DNA of 64,000 nt from the human T2T-CHM13v2.0 reference genome, Homo sapiens. Positions 43,101 to 56,198 of the stretch are shown here, piece after piece. The position numbers and the translations under genes are program-made. How positions within the stretch are numbered: the first letter of the stretch is position 1; every line of letters begins with the position of its first letter. The DNA is taken from the NCBI GenBank assembly GCA_009914755.4, contig CP068257.2, forward strand, positions 14,784,001 to 14,848,000. The letters run 5' to 3'. The notes beneath the pieces are model-generated. The model saw nothing but the letters and a program-made list of their open reading frames with translations. It had not been told where the DNA came from and made no database searches.

Positions 43101-43999
43101 ACTACCAGGTTACTCTAGTATCTCAGTGGTTTATCGGACCTAAGTTGGTAGCAACTAAAATTTTATGTAAGTACTTCAAATTGCTCCCTATATTTATTGT
43201 AAAACAAAAGCAGTTATCTTAATATACGGCTCTTCTAACATTCAGTTTATCATATAATGAAAAAAGATGTTAGTGCTCAGACCGTAGTATCTATCAATGA
43301 ATTCTGAAAAAGAAGAAAAAAGCCAGTAAGTATTTATGCTTTTCTTAATTACCAGTTTGATAACTGCAGGCAGATAAATCTTCTTCGTTTTTATAGCCAA
43401 GTAATTAAATGTTTTTACAACAAATCTGGCGTGCCAAATAAAGACAAAATTGTTTTTAAAATTTAAAAGAAATGTTAGTTTTCAAGGGATAATATATAAA
43501 TTTAGGAGTCAATTTAGAGCTTAATATTCCTTTGAGTTTATCTTTCATTTTACATTACTAAATTTCTTTTTAGTTATAAATATTAGTATTTATATTTTAA
43601 AATTATATATTTATACAATAATATAGATGTTTGCTTTTAAGATAACCATGGGTGATAGAAACAACAAATCATATATATCTTTGCAAATGCCAGAACATTA
43701 GCAGAATTGTACCAAGTTGAATTATATCAAGTCTAGCACTGGTAGAATTACATTGAGGACAACTTTATGTGTTCCCAAATTAGAATTGATTAAGTTGGTT
43801 TGTTTGATTTTTTTGTGTAAAGTGGTTTCTTATATTGTAAAGGAAGAGTTAAATGAGCTTATGAGAGATAAAGAGTGAAAATGCTAATTTTAGAAAATGC
43901 AAGAACTTGATTTTCAATTCTTTTATTTGTTATTACAAAGGTTCAACCCCAAGGGAAAAACAGGATTGAGTGTCTCATTCGGAGAGGCTTTGCCTCACT

Positions 44000-44240
44000 T
44001 TTCTGTTTGAAAATGGCGGAGCTGGGGAACTGGGCTTGAGAGTGACAGGGACCCAGGTCAAAACTCTGCTGTTCTCCTTTACAATCTTTGTCATGTTAGG
44101 AAGTTACTTAATTCTCTTAAGTATCTGTTTCCTTATCTATAAAATGGAAATAATACTTACAAGTTTTAACTAGTATATGTAAGTGTCGTTAAGTGTCCAA
44201 AACTCAGTGAAGCTTATTATGCTATGAAACTTTTCCAGTC
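44000..44240 (+). mobile_element. MIR fragment
   Basis: gggcttgagagtgacagggacccaggtcaaaactctgctgttctcc...ggaagttacttaattctcttaagtatctgtttccttatctataaaatggaaataatacttac, compared with the MIR consensus ctggagccagactgcctgggttcgaatcccggctctgccacttac...caagttacttaacctctctgagcctcagtttcctcatctgtaaaatggggataataatacctac. Confidence 0.7.
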
Positions 44241-44284
44241 CTTTCTCTAATCACTGTGTTTATTTTACTTTTTAAATTTTTTAT

Positions 44285-44605
44285 TCTTAATTTTATGACT
44301 ATATAGTAGCTATACATATTTATGGGGTACATAAGATACTTTGATAAAGGAATATAATGCATAATAATCACATTAGGGTAAATGAGGTGTCTATCGCCTC
44401 AAGAATTTATCATTTGTGTTACAAACATTCCAATTATATTATTTTAGTTATTTTTAAAGGTACAATAAATCTGTGTTAACTATAATCACACAATTATGCT
44501 ATCAACTACTAGATCTTATTCATTCTAACTATATTTTTGTACCCATGAACCAGCCCCATATTCCCCATCACTGTGGGTTTGTTTTTAGATATTTACCTAT
44601 AGTAT
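44285..44605 (-). mobile_element. Short 3'-end fragment of an older L1 (L1PB/L1MA-like 3'UTR) in antisense
   Basis: tatttatggggtacataagatactttgataaaggaatataatgcataataatcacattagggtaaatgaggtgtctatcgcctcaagaatttatcatttgtgttacaaacattccaattatattattttag... is homologous to the 3' end of the L1 at 48625-48990 in this same window (tatttatgtggtacatgagatgttttgatataagcatgcaatgtgaaataagcacatcatcaagaatggagtatctatcaccttcattgag...). Confidence 0.75.
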
Positions 44606-44629
44606 TTGATCAGATATTTAATTTAATAT

Positions 44630-44753
44630 TTTAAATAGAGATGGGATCTCACTATGCTGCCCAAACTCATCTCAAACTCCTGGGCTCAAACAATCTTCCC
44701 ACTGTGGCCTTCCAAAGTGCTGAGATTACAGGTGTGAGCCACCGTGCTCCCCC
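44630..44753 (-). mobile_element. Free left Alu monomer (FLAM-like) or 3'-truncated Alu, ~120 bp
   Basis: aatagagatgggatctcactatgctgcccaaactcatctcaaactcctgggctcaaacaatcttcccactgtggccttccaaagtgctgagattacaggtgtgagccaccgtgctcc is the reverse complement of the Alu left arm only. Confidence 0.8.
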
Positions 44754-47122
44754 ATCAGATATTTTGCAATCAAGCATGTGTTAAAAATTTTGCAAAGTGT
44801 CTGTTGTTATCCATTTCACAGAAAGATCAGATGGTGACATAAAGGAGAATCTCAGGTCCAAATGTCCAAAATAGCAGAAGCAAGGTGATAATTGATAGCC
44901 TTTAGGAAGCATTATGACCTCGTATTTTGTTCTTTTCCTTCGTAATCTTCCTAGTTCTTCTAAAAATGTGATCCCAACCCCTCACTTCCATATTTGCCTG
45001 TATTATTTCTTTTCATAGCACTTCACCACCATTGATGGTACATATTTATTTATCAATTTATTACTTTTGGTAGTATATAACGTCTGTAAAGCAAGAGTTT
45101 GTTATTTTGTATGTAGTCTTCTCTTAATAAAAATTATTAATTATTTTGTATTTTCCATGATATAATTTGGGATAATTTTTAGAAATGAAATATCATACAT
45201 TCCATTAATTGCGGTCAAAAGAAAATGCATTTAAAGAGGATATATGCATGTGTGTTTTTCAACAAGTAAGGTTAAACTTACTTTGTAACGTATAAAATAA
45301 ACATAGCTAAAAACTATACTAAAAGTGTGATTTTAAAACTGTGATTTAAAAATACAGCACATTTTACTTAAATGGAGATTTTTGTTCTAGAAAGATATTG
45401 AACATGACAATCTGACAATCTGTCCTTGGGACACTGTCACTGCTATTCTCAGATCAGCTGACGAGACCTCAGCTGGGCCTCTGCAAGTTGCTTAAGAACA
45501 CTTCTAGAACCATCCTAATGGGCATGTTCCAACTGTCACTTGGAAAAAAATGATCACTTGAGATCAATCTGTACAGCAGGTCTTCTGGCAGAAAACCAGT
45601 CATATCATTCTCTCCAAAAGAGGCTTTGTGGGGAAAAGGCCTTATCACATTCCTTGGACATGAAGTTACTGTTGGAACCATGCTCGTCTCAAACCATTCT
45701 ATCACCATGCCAAAAAGCTGCAGCTTCTGAAAGGTCAGAAATGGCCTTATAATGACTTAGACCATCTTATGATTGTTAGGAAGTGAAGATAGTTATAATA
45801 CTATAAAAGCTTTGGGTCTTTTACCCTTTCATGAGCAGAAACTGTGTGTTATTAACTAAACCACAACTTCCTGATATAAATATCAGAGAGACCAAAGCTA
45901 GGAGACTAATATTAACTCTAATCCTATCCTGGACTTGGATTCAGAGTGTAGAATTGGGTTATTCAAATTGTAGAATATTAAAGAGAAAATGGAGTGCACA
46001 AAAGGCTAAGAGGAAAAAATATATATTTCTTATGAACAAAAATTCACAATTGTTGCATATGCATTGTTAATAATGTGGGGAAATTTATATTTTTTAATTA
46101 AGCTTTATTTTTTAACCTGGTGTTTATTCTTCTGCATTAATTAAATAGAAGAATATATGTTTTGAATTTTAAAATATACTGCTAGTAGGCATTACTTGAT
46201 TTGAATCATGAAGAGGAGCTGGGAGGTGAATCTCAAAACTGAAAAATTGGAGCATTTCAATAATCCTCATTTTTAAAGTGGCAATGCCAAGCTTTGCAGA
46301 AAATCAAAAGAAAGCATGTGCTGTGATAATAAAATTAGACTTTACTCATAAATATTATAGTGCACATCTTAATTCCTTTATGCATCTGTAAAATAAGTGG
46401 ACTTATCTAGACAATCAAAAAGTTTTTAACTCAGTTAACCTACGAATGATAATATATTTAAAAATACTGTTTTAATAAACATGTTAACTATAATTTCCTA
46501 TGTATTCATTATAAAGAGTATGTTTGTTTTGTGTCAAAGGTGCATAGTATAGACATTGTAATATTGTTTATTTGCTCCTATGCACTTTTGTAAAAATGCT
46601 AAGGTCTATTTTGTCCCTATTCTTCAACTGTGAGCAACTTGCTTTCCTTGTAGAATATCAACTTCTTATGACCGCTTATCCTGATGAAAAAGCTAAAGCT
46701 TTTTGTAATGAAAGATAGAATACAGTTGCACGATATTTTAAATTCTTTTGATTGTTCAAACGTTGATTTTCTAAACTAGGAGATTGTTAATTTTTTAAAT
46801 AGGACATTGTTTTGAAGATACTTTTGGTTGCATCTTCATAAACAATTCTCTCTTCAGTGAAAGAGAAAGGGAGCAGAGAACAAGAAGAGAGTTTCTAAGT
46901 AATTTATATAACAAACTAGTAATTTGATTTATCTCTTTGTCCTTCAACTGTCTGCAAAATCTTGCCTTCCACATTCTGCTAATCTTGTCTTAAATTGGTA
47001 GTCACTTACACCATGTATGTCACTTTGAAACTTGCAGGTGTGTTTATTTTCCATCATCTTTATTTTGGAGATAGTGAAAAAGCCAAAAATCTCACCTCCA
47101 ATTAAGAAAAATATTCTTCTAA

Positions 47123-47350
<228 letters not shown>

Positions 47351-48619
47351 TGAGATGATGGATTAGAAGAATAGATTTCAGTGTTTAAGCACATTTGCTT
47401 GTGCAAAGCATAATTGTGTCCACCTGCAGTAGTGTGTGTATGTGCATAAATTTATATATCTATAAAATAAGAATGCTGAACTATACTCACATGACTGTTC
47501 ATAGAAAAATGTAGACACACTTTGTGCTTTACCAATTACTGCTATTTCAAAAAACACATTTCTTTATAATTCATTCTGTGACTTTATTCCTCTTAAATAT
47601 GGTTGGGTCAAGTTACTTAAACTTTGGCACAAAAAATGTTTGTCTCAGCATTCTTTTTTAATGATTTAGGCAGAATTGAAAAACTCGAGTCATAAGATCC
47701 AGTGAATACACCTCATTATTAAATAATGCTGTTTCTTGTTACAGCTACTAGCTGCTCTAGCTGGGTACCCTGGCTCGAACTCTCAAATCATTTAAAGCCT
47801 ACATTTTAAAAACAGTTTTAAATCTAATCTCTTTTTTATATCTGATATGACTTTTAAGCTTACTACATTCATCCTCTGACATTCTGCAAGGGAAACATGA
47901 ATTAATCATTGAGTTTGTCCAACAAGGAAAGATGCATCTTACTGATACTGTGAGCTTCCAGTGTGGTACACACAAGCTGTTTCTGAGATTATAGCACAAG
48001 CAAACATTCCCACAGCTATTGTGTTGCTGTTTGCTCAGTTCCCAGTCTCTTAGAATTCCAGGTTGTGATAGTACAGCAGTGGAATCTATGCTTATGTAGT
48101 GTTGATTCTGTTATTGTACTCACTGCAAACCTAGAGGTTACTATCTGTTAATAGCAAAACAAACTTGGCCAAGGGTTATTATGATGTATCTTCTGAAAGC
48201 ATTTACCAGAAACAGTTTGTTAATTGTTACAAAAATTGTATTTTATTTCATAGTCACAAATGTTTATATATTTTTAAAAATATGAAATGTAGCCAGAGAG
48301 AAAATAATAATTCCGTTATTGCTTATAATTTGACAGATCAATTTAGAATGAGGAAGCATATTTTAAAGAGCAAATGGTACATTTTCTTTGTCTGAAGTCT
48401 GCCTAGAAAACAGATTTTATGTGACGGACTACTGGGTGGCTTCTTTCATATCCAGCTAGTAGTGTTATTGACTGATTTTGCCAGCTCTGCAGCTCATGTG
48501 CTTTTTAACTTAATTTTTGTTCCCGCTTTCTCTCATTGATTTGTAAGCAGCTTAAGATCAGAATGCTGTCATCTAATTCATTGGTATCTCCCTCCAAGGA
48601 ATGGAGTTTTATTTTATGT

Positions 48620-51350
48620 TAAAATTTTTTTCTGGGTACAGAGTAGGTGTGTATATTTATGTGGTACATGAGATGTTTTGATATAAGCATGCAATGTGAA
48701 ATAAGCACATCATCAAGAATGGAGTATCTATCACCTTCATTGAGCTGCAAACAATCCAATTACACTATTATTTTAAAATGTTATTCTTCAATATAGTCAC
48801 CATGTTGTGTTATCAAATAGTAGCTCTTATTCATTCTTTCTATTTTTTAAAAAATGTTTTTACCCATTCACCATCCCCGCCTCTACCCACAATCCCCCAC
48901 TACCACTTCCCAGCTTCTGGTACCTATCCTTTCTACTCTCTCTGTCCATGACTTCAGTCTTTTTGATTTTTAGATCCCCAAAACAACTGAGAACATGGGT
49001 GTTTGTCTTTCTGTGCCTGGATTATTTCACTTAACGATCTCCAGTACCATCCATGTTGTTGCAAATGACAGGATATCATTCTTTTTTATAGCTGAATAAT
49101 ACTCCATTGTGTATATGTATATGTACCACATTATCTTTATCCATTCATCTGTTGATAGACACTTATGTCGTTTTCAACTCTTAGCTATTGTAAATAGTGC
49201 TGCAACAAACATAGGTGTGCAGATAGCTCTTCAATATTCTCATTTCCTTTCTTTTAGGTATATAACCAGCAATGAAATTGCTGGATCATGTAGTAGCTCA
49301 ATTTTTGTTTTTTGAGGAAACTCCAAACTGTTCTCCATAGTGGTTGTACAAATTTACATTCCACCCAACAGTGTACAAGGATTCTCTTTTGTCCACATCC
49401 TCGCAAGCATTTGTTACTGCCTGTATTTTGGACATAAGCCATTTTAACTGAGGTGAGATGATATCTCATTATAGTTTTGATTTGCATTTCTCTGATGATG
49501 AGTAATGTTGAGCACCTTTTCGTATGCTGCTTTGCCATTTGTATGTCTTCTTTTGAGAAATGTCTCTTCAAAACTTGCCCATCTTTTGACTGGATTATTA
49601 TTTTTTTTCCTAGAGTTGTGTGAGTTCCTTATATATTCCAGTTATTAATTCCTTATCACATGGGTAGTTTGAAAATATTTTCTCCCATTCTCTGTGGATT
49701 GTCTCTTCACTTTGTTGATTGTATTCTTTACTGGGCAGAATCTTTTAAACTTGGTGTGATCCCATTTGTCCATGTTTGCTTTGGTTGCCTGTGCTTGTGG
49801 AGTATTGCTCAAGAAGTCTTTGCCTAGACCCATGTTGTAGAGCTTTCCCCCATGTTTTCTTGTAGTACTTTCACAGTTTGAGGTCTTAGACTTAAGTCTT
49901 CAATCCATTTTGATTTGATTTGAGAGAGACAGGGGTCTAGTTTTGTTTTTGCATATGGATATCCAGTTTTCACAGCACTATTTATTGAAGAGACTGTCTT
50001 TTTCCCAGTGTATGTTCTTGGCACCTTTGTAAAAAAAAAAAAAAAAAAATGAGTTCACTGTAGGTGCGTGGATTTGTGCCTGAGTTTTCTATTCTGTTCC
50101 ACTGTTCTATGTGTCTGTTTTTATGCCAGTACCATGCTGCTTTTGTTACCATAGCTCTGTAGTATAATTTGAGGTCAGGTAATGTGATTCCTCCAGTTTT
50201 ATTCTTTTTGCTTAGGATAGCTTTGGCTATTCTCGGTCTTTTGTGGTTCCATATTAGTATGAGGATTGATTTTTTTCTATTTCTTTGAAGAATGTCATGG
50301 GAATTTTGATAGGGATTACACTGAATCTATAGATTTCTTTGGGTAGAATGGACATTTTAACAATATTGATTTTCCAATCCTTGAACATGGATTTGTTTTT
50401 TCATTTTTTTTTTGATGTACTCTTCAACTTCTTTCATCAATTTATAGTTTTCGTTATAGAGATCTTTTACTTGTTTGGTTAAGTTAGTTCCTGCATATTT
50501 AATTTTATATATGATTATCATAAATGGGATTTTTTAAATATTTCCTTTTCAGATTGTTCACTGTTGGTATATAGAAATGCTACTGGTTTTTATATGGTGA
50601 TTTTGTATCCTGCAACTTTACTGAATTTATCAGTTCTAATAGTTTTGGGGGGAGTCTTTAGATTTTTCCAGATATAAGATCTTATCATCTGCAAACAAGG
50701 ATAATTTTACTTATCCTCCTTTTCAATTTGGATGAGCTTTATATCTTTCTCTTGTTTGATTGCTGTAGCGAGGATTTACAGTGCAATGTTGAATAACAGT
50801 GATGGCAATGGTCATTCTTATATATTCCCAATCTTAGAGGAAAAATTTTCAGTATTTCCTCATTCAGTATGATACTAGTTATGGGTCTGTCATATGTGGC
50901 TTTTGTTATGTTGAGGTATATTTCTTCTATGCCCAGTTTTTTTAGGGTTTTTATTATGAAGGGATGCTGAATTTTATCAAATGCTTTTTCAGCATCAATT
51001 GAAATAATCACATGGTTTTTATCCTTCATACTCTTGATAGGATGTATCACATTGATTGGTTTGCATATGTTGAACCATCCTTGCATCCCAGGGATTAATG
51101 AGTGATTTTTGTAATATATTGTTATAATGATTGATTTTTGTAATGTGTTGTTGAATTCTGTTTGTTAGTATTTTATTGAGAATTTTTTCATCAATATTCA
51201 TCAGCAATATTGGCTTGTGGTTTTCTATTTTTGATGTGTCTTTGTCTGGTTTTCATATCAGGATAATACCACCCTCATACAATGTGTTTGGAAGTATTTT
51301 CTTTGCTTTTATTTTTTAAAATAGTTTGAGTAAGATTGGTATAAGTTCTT
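48620..51350 (-). mobile_element. Older L1 (L1PB/L1MA-like), 5'-truncated. It has the 3'UTR and ~2.3 kb of ORF2 (RT to C-terminus) in antisense, and abuts the 3' end of the next L1
   Basis: Minus-strand ORFs translate to ORF2p segments. 49254-49571 gives ...[38 protein letters not shown]... (L1: [39 protein letters not shown]). 49645-49833, 49824-50024 and 50739-51207 give ...[16 protein letters not shown]...[19 protein letters not shown]... (RT motifs). The 3' end is typical of older L1 (tttctgggtacagagtaggtgtgtatatttatgtggtacatgagatg...). Confidence 0.88.
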
Positions 51351-53096
51351 TTTTTTAATTTCAATAGGTTTTTGGGGAACAGATAGTGTTTGGTTACATT
51401 ATTAAGTTCTTTAGTGGTGATTTTTTGATGCATCCAACACCCAAGCAGTGTACCATGTACCCAGTGTGTAGTCTTTTATCCTTCATCCTTCTCCTACCAT
51501 TTTCCCCAAGTTGCCAAAGTCCATTGTATCATTCTTATGCCTTTGCATCCTTATAGCTTTGCATCCCACTTATGAGTGAGAACATACAATGTTTGGATTT
51601 CCATTCCTGAAATATTTCGCTTAGAATAATGGTCTCCAATTCCCTGTGAATGCCATTATTTCATTCTTTTTTAATGGCTGAGTAGTATTCAATGGTGTGT
51701 GTATATATATATATAAATTGTGGTATATATATACACACCACAATTTTTTAATCCATTGGTCGATTAATGGGCATTTGTGCTGGTTCCAATTTTTGCAACT
51801 GCAATTTGTGCTACGATAAACTTGTGTGTGCAAATATCTTTTTCCTGTAATCACTACTTTTCTGCTGAGTAGATACCCAATATGGGATTACTGAATCAAA
51901 TGGTAGTTCTACTTTAGTTCTTTAAGGAATCTCCACACTGTTTTCCATAGTGGTTGTACTAGTTTTCATTTTCATCAGCAGTGTAAAAGTGCTCCCTTTC
52001 CACCACATTCATGCCAACATCTATTTTTTTTTATTTTTTGATTCTGTGAAGAATGATGGTGTTATTTTGAAGGAAATTGCGTTAAATTTGTAGACTGCTT
52101 TTGATTCTGGCCATTCTTGCAGGAGTGAGATGGTATCGCATTGTGATTTGGATTTGCATTTCCCTGATCATTAGTGATGTTGAGCATTTTTTCATATGTT
52201 TGTTGGCCATTTGTATATCTTCTATTGAGAATTGTCTATTTATGTCCTTAGTTCACTTTTTAATGAGATTGTTTGTTTTCTTCTTGCTGATTTGTTTGAG
52301 TTCCTTGTAGATTCTGGATATTAGTCCTGTGCTGGATGTATAGCTTGCAAAGATGTTCTCGCACTCTGTGGTTTGTCTGTTTACTCTGCCGGATGTTTCT
52401 TTGCTATGCAGAAGCATTTTAGTTTAATTAAGTTCCATCTATTTTTCTTTGTTTTTGCTGCATTTGCTTTTGGGTTCTTGGTCATGAAGTGTTTGCTTAA
52501 ACCAATATCTAGAAGGGTTTTTCCAATGTTAACTTATAGAATCTTTATGGTTTCAGTTCTTAGATTTAAGTCCTTGATCTATCTTGTGTTTATTGTTGTA
52601 CGAAGTGAGAAATGAGGATTCAGTTTCATTCTTCTACAAGTGGCTTGCTAATAATTATCACAGCATCATTTCTCAAATAGAGTGTCTTTTCCATACTTTG
52701 TGTTTTTGTTTGCTTTGTGAAAAATCAGTTGGCTGCAAGTATTTGGCTTTATTTCTGGGTTCTCTTTTCTGTTACATTGGTCTATGTGCCTATTTTTATA
52801 CCAGTAGCATGCTGTTTTGGTGACTATGGCCTTATAGTATAGTTTGAAGTCAGGTAATGTGCTATGCCTTCAGATTTGTTATTTTTGCTTAGTCTTGCTT
52901 TGGCTATGTGGGCTCTATTTTGGTTCCATATGAATTTTAAGATTTGTTTTTATAGTTCTGTAAAGAATGTTGGTGTTATTTTGATGGGAATTGCATTGAA
53001 TTTGTAGAGCTTTGGGCAGTGTTGCCATTTTCACAATATTGATTCTACCAATGCATGAGCATGGGATGTGTTTCCCTTTATTTGTGTTGTCTGTGA

Positions 53097-53588
<492 letters not shown>

Positions 53589-55481
53589 AGGGGTTGAGTT
53601 ATTGATTTGATTCTCAGCTTGGTCGATTTTGGTGTATAGAAGAGCTACTGATTTGTGTACATTAATTTTGTATCTGGAGACTTTGCTGAATTCTTTCATC
53701 AGTTCTAGGAACTTTCTGGAGGAGTCTTTAGGGTTTTATAGGTAAACAATTATATGATCAGCAAACAGTGACAGTTTGACTTCCTCTTTACTGATTTGGA
53801 TGCCCTTTATTTCTTTCTCTTGTCTGATTGCTCTGGCTAGGACTTTCAGTACGATGTTGAAGAGGAGTGGTGAGAGTGGGCATCTTTGTCTTGTTTCAAT
53901 TCTCAGAGGGAATTCTTTCAACTTTCCCCCATGCAGTATTATGTTGGCTGTGGGTTTGTTACACATGGCTTTTATTACATTATATGCCAGTTTTGCTGAG
54001 AGTCTTAATCATAAAGGATGTTGGGTTTTGTCAAGTGCTTTTTCTGCATCTATTGAGATGATCATGTGATTTTTGTTTTTAATTCTGTTTATGTGGTGTA
54101 TCACATTTACTGACTTGTGTATGTTAAATCATTCCTGCATTCCTGATTTGAAACTCACTTAATTGTGGTGGATTATCTTTTTGAAATGTTGTTGGATTTG
54201 GTTAGCTAGTATTGTGTTAATGATTTTAACATCTATGTTCATCAGGGACATTGTTCTGTAGTTTTCTTTTTTGGTTATGTCCTTTCCTGGTTTTCGTATT
54301 TGGGTGATATAGGCTTCATATGAATAGAATAATTTAGAGAGGATTCCCTCTTTCTGTATCTTGTGGAATAGTGTCAATAGATAGTACCAGTTCTTCTTTG
54401 AAAGTCTGATGTAATTCAGCTGTGAATCCAACAGGTCCTAGACTTTTCTTTTGTTGTCGGCAATTTTTTTTTTTTTAGCACCATTTCAATCTTGCTGCTT
54501 GTTATTGGTCTGTTCAGAGTTTCTATTTCTTCCTGGTTTAATCTTGGAGGGTTGTATATTTCCAGGAATGTACCCATCTCCTTTAGGTTTTCTAGTTTAT
54601 GCATTTAAAGGTGTTCATGGTAGCCTTGCATGATCTTTTGTATTTCTGTGGTATTGGTTGTAATATCTCCTGTTTCATTTCTAATTGAGCTTATTTTGGA
54701 TCTTCCCTCTTCTTTTCTTGGTTAATCTCACTAATGGTCTATCAATTTTATTTATATTTTTAAATAACCAGCTTTTTGTTTCATTTATTTTTTGTGATTT
54801 TTTTTGTTTCAGTTTTATTTAGTTCTGCTCTGATTTTTGCTATTTCTTTTCTTCTGCTGGGTTTGGTTTTGGTTTGTTCTTGTTTCTCTAGTTTTTCAAG
54901 GTATAACCTTAGATTGTCTATTTGTGCTCTTTCAGACTTATTGATGTAGGTATTTAAAGCTGTGAACTTTCCTCTTAGCACTGCCTTTGCCATATCTCAG
55001 AGGTTTTGATATGTTGTGTCACTATTATTCAATTCAAAGAATTTTTAAATTTAAATTTCCATCTTGATTTTATTGTTGACCCAGTGATCATTCAGGAGCA
55101 GGTTATTTAATCTCCATGTATTTCCATGGTTTTAAGGTTTCCTTCTGGAGTTGATTTCCAATTTTATTCCACTGTGGTCTGAGAGCACCTGATATAATTT
55201 CAGTTTTCTTAAATGTATTGAGACTTGTTTTGTCTCAATTATTATATGGTCTATCTTGGCGAATGTTCCATGCACTGATAAATAGAGTGTACATTCTGCA
55301 GTTGTTGGGTAGAATGTTCTGTAAATTTCTGTTAAGTCCGTTTGTTGTAGAGTATAGTTCAAATCCATTGTGTCTTTTTTGACTTTCTGTCTTGATGGCC
55401 TGTCTAGTACTGTCAGTGGAGTATTGAAGTCCCTCACTATTGTTGTGTTGCTGCCTATCTCATTTCTTAGGTCTAGTAGTA

Positions 55482-55807
55482 GTTTTATAAATTTGGGAGC
55501 CCCAGTGTTAGGTGCGTGTATATGTATATGCTAGGTGTGTGTGTGTGTATATATATGTTATATATATGTTATATATGTTATATATTATATATATGTTATA
55601 TATATGTTATATATATGTTTTATATATATATGTTAGGTGCATATATGTATATATATGTGTATATATACAGGATTGTGATATTTTCCTGTTGCACTAGTTC
55701 TCTTATCATTATATAATGTCCCTCTTTTTCTTTTTAATTGCTGTTGCTTTAAAGTTTGTTTTGTCTGATATAAGTTTTATAAATTTGGGAGCCCCAATGT
55801 TAGGTGC

Positions 55808-55860
<53 letters not shown>

Positions 55861-56198
55861 AGGTGCACATATATATATATGTAATATATATATGTTTTAT
55901 ATATATATGTTATATATGTTATATATATGTTTTATATATATGTTATATATATGTTTTATATATGTGTTATATATATGTTTTATATATGTGTTATATATAT
56001 GTTTTATATATATATGTTAGGTGTGTATATGTATACGTATATATGTATACATATACGTATATATACATATATATACACATATATATAGGATTGTGATATT
56101 TTCCTGTTACACTAGTCCTCTTATCATTATATAATGTCCTTCTTTGTCTTTTTAATTGCTATTGCTTTAAAGTTTGTTTTGTCTGATGTAAGAATAGC
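55482..56198. repeat. Tandem duplication (2 copies, ~292 bp and ~425 bp) of an L1-internal segment. Each copy carries an expanded TA/TG/(TATATG)n microsatellite of different length
   Basis: gttttataaatttgggagccccaRtgttaggtgcgtg...[microsatellite]...aggattgtgatattttcctgttRcactagtYctcttatcattatataatgtccYtcttt.tctttttaattgctRttgctttaaagtttgttttgtctgatRtaag occurs twice in direct succession. The copies start at 55482 and 55774. Their microsatellite tracts differ in length and composition, e.g. (AT)29 in copy 2. Confidence 0.9.

Noticed and set aside
50026-50051. A(21) homopolymer inside the antisense L1 at 48.6-51.35 kb
   Set aside because: It could be the tail of a tiny inserted retro-fragment or simple slippage. 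No adjacent element body is recognisable, so it is treated as a homopolymer expansion.
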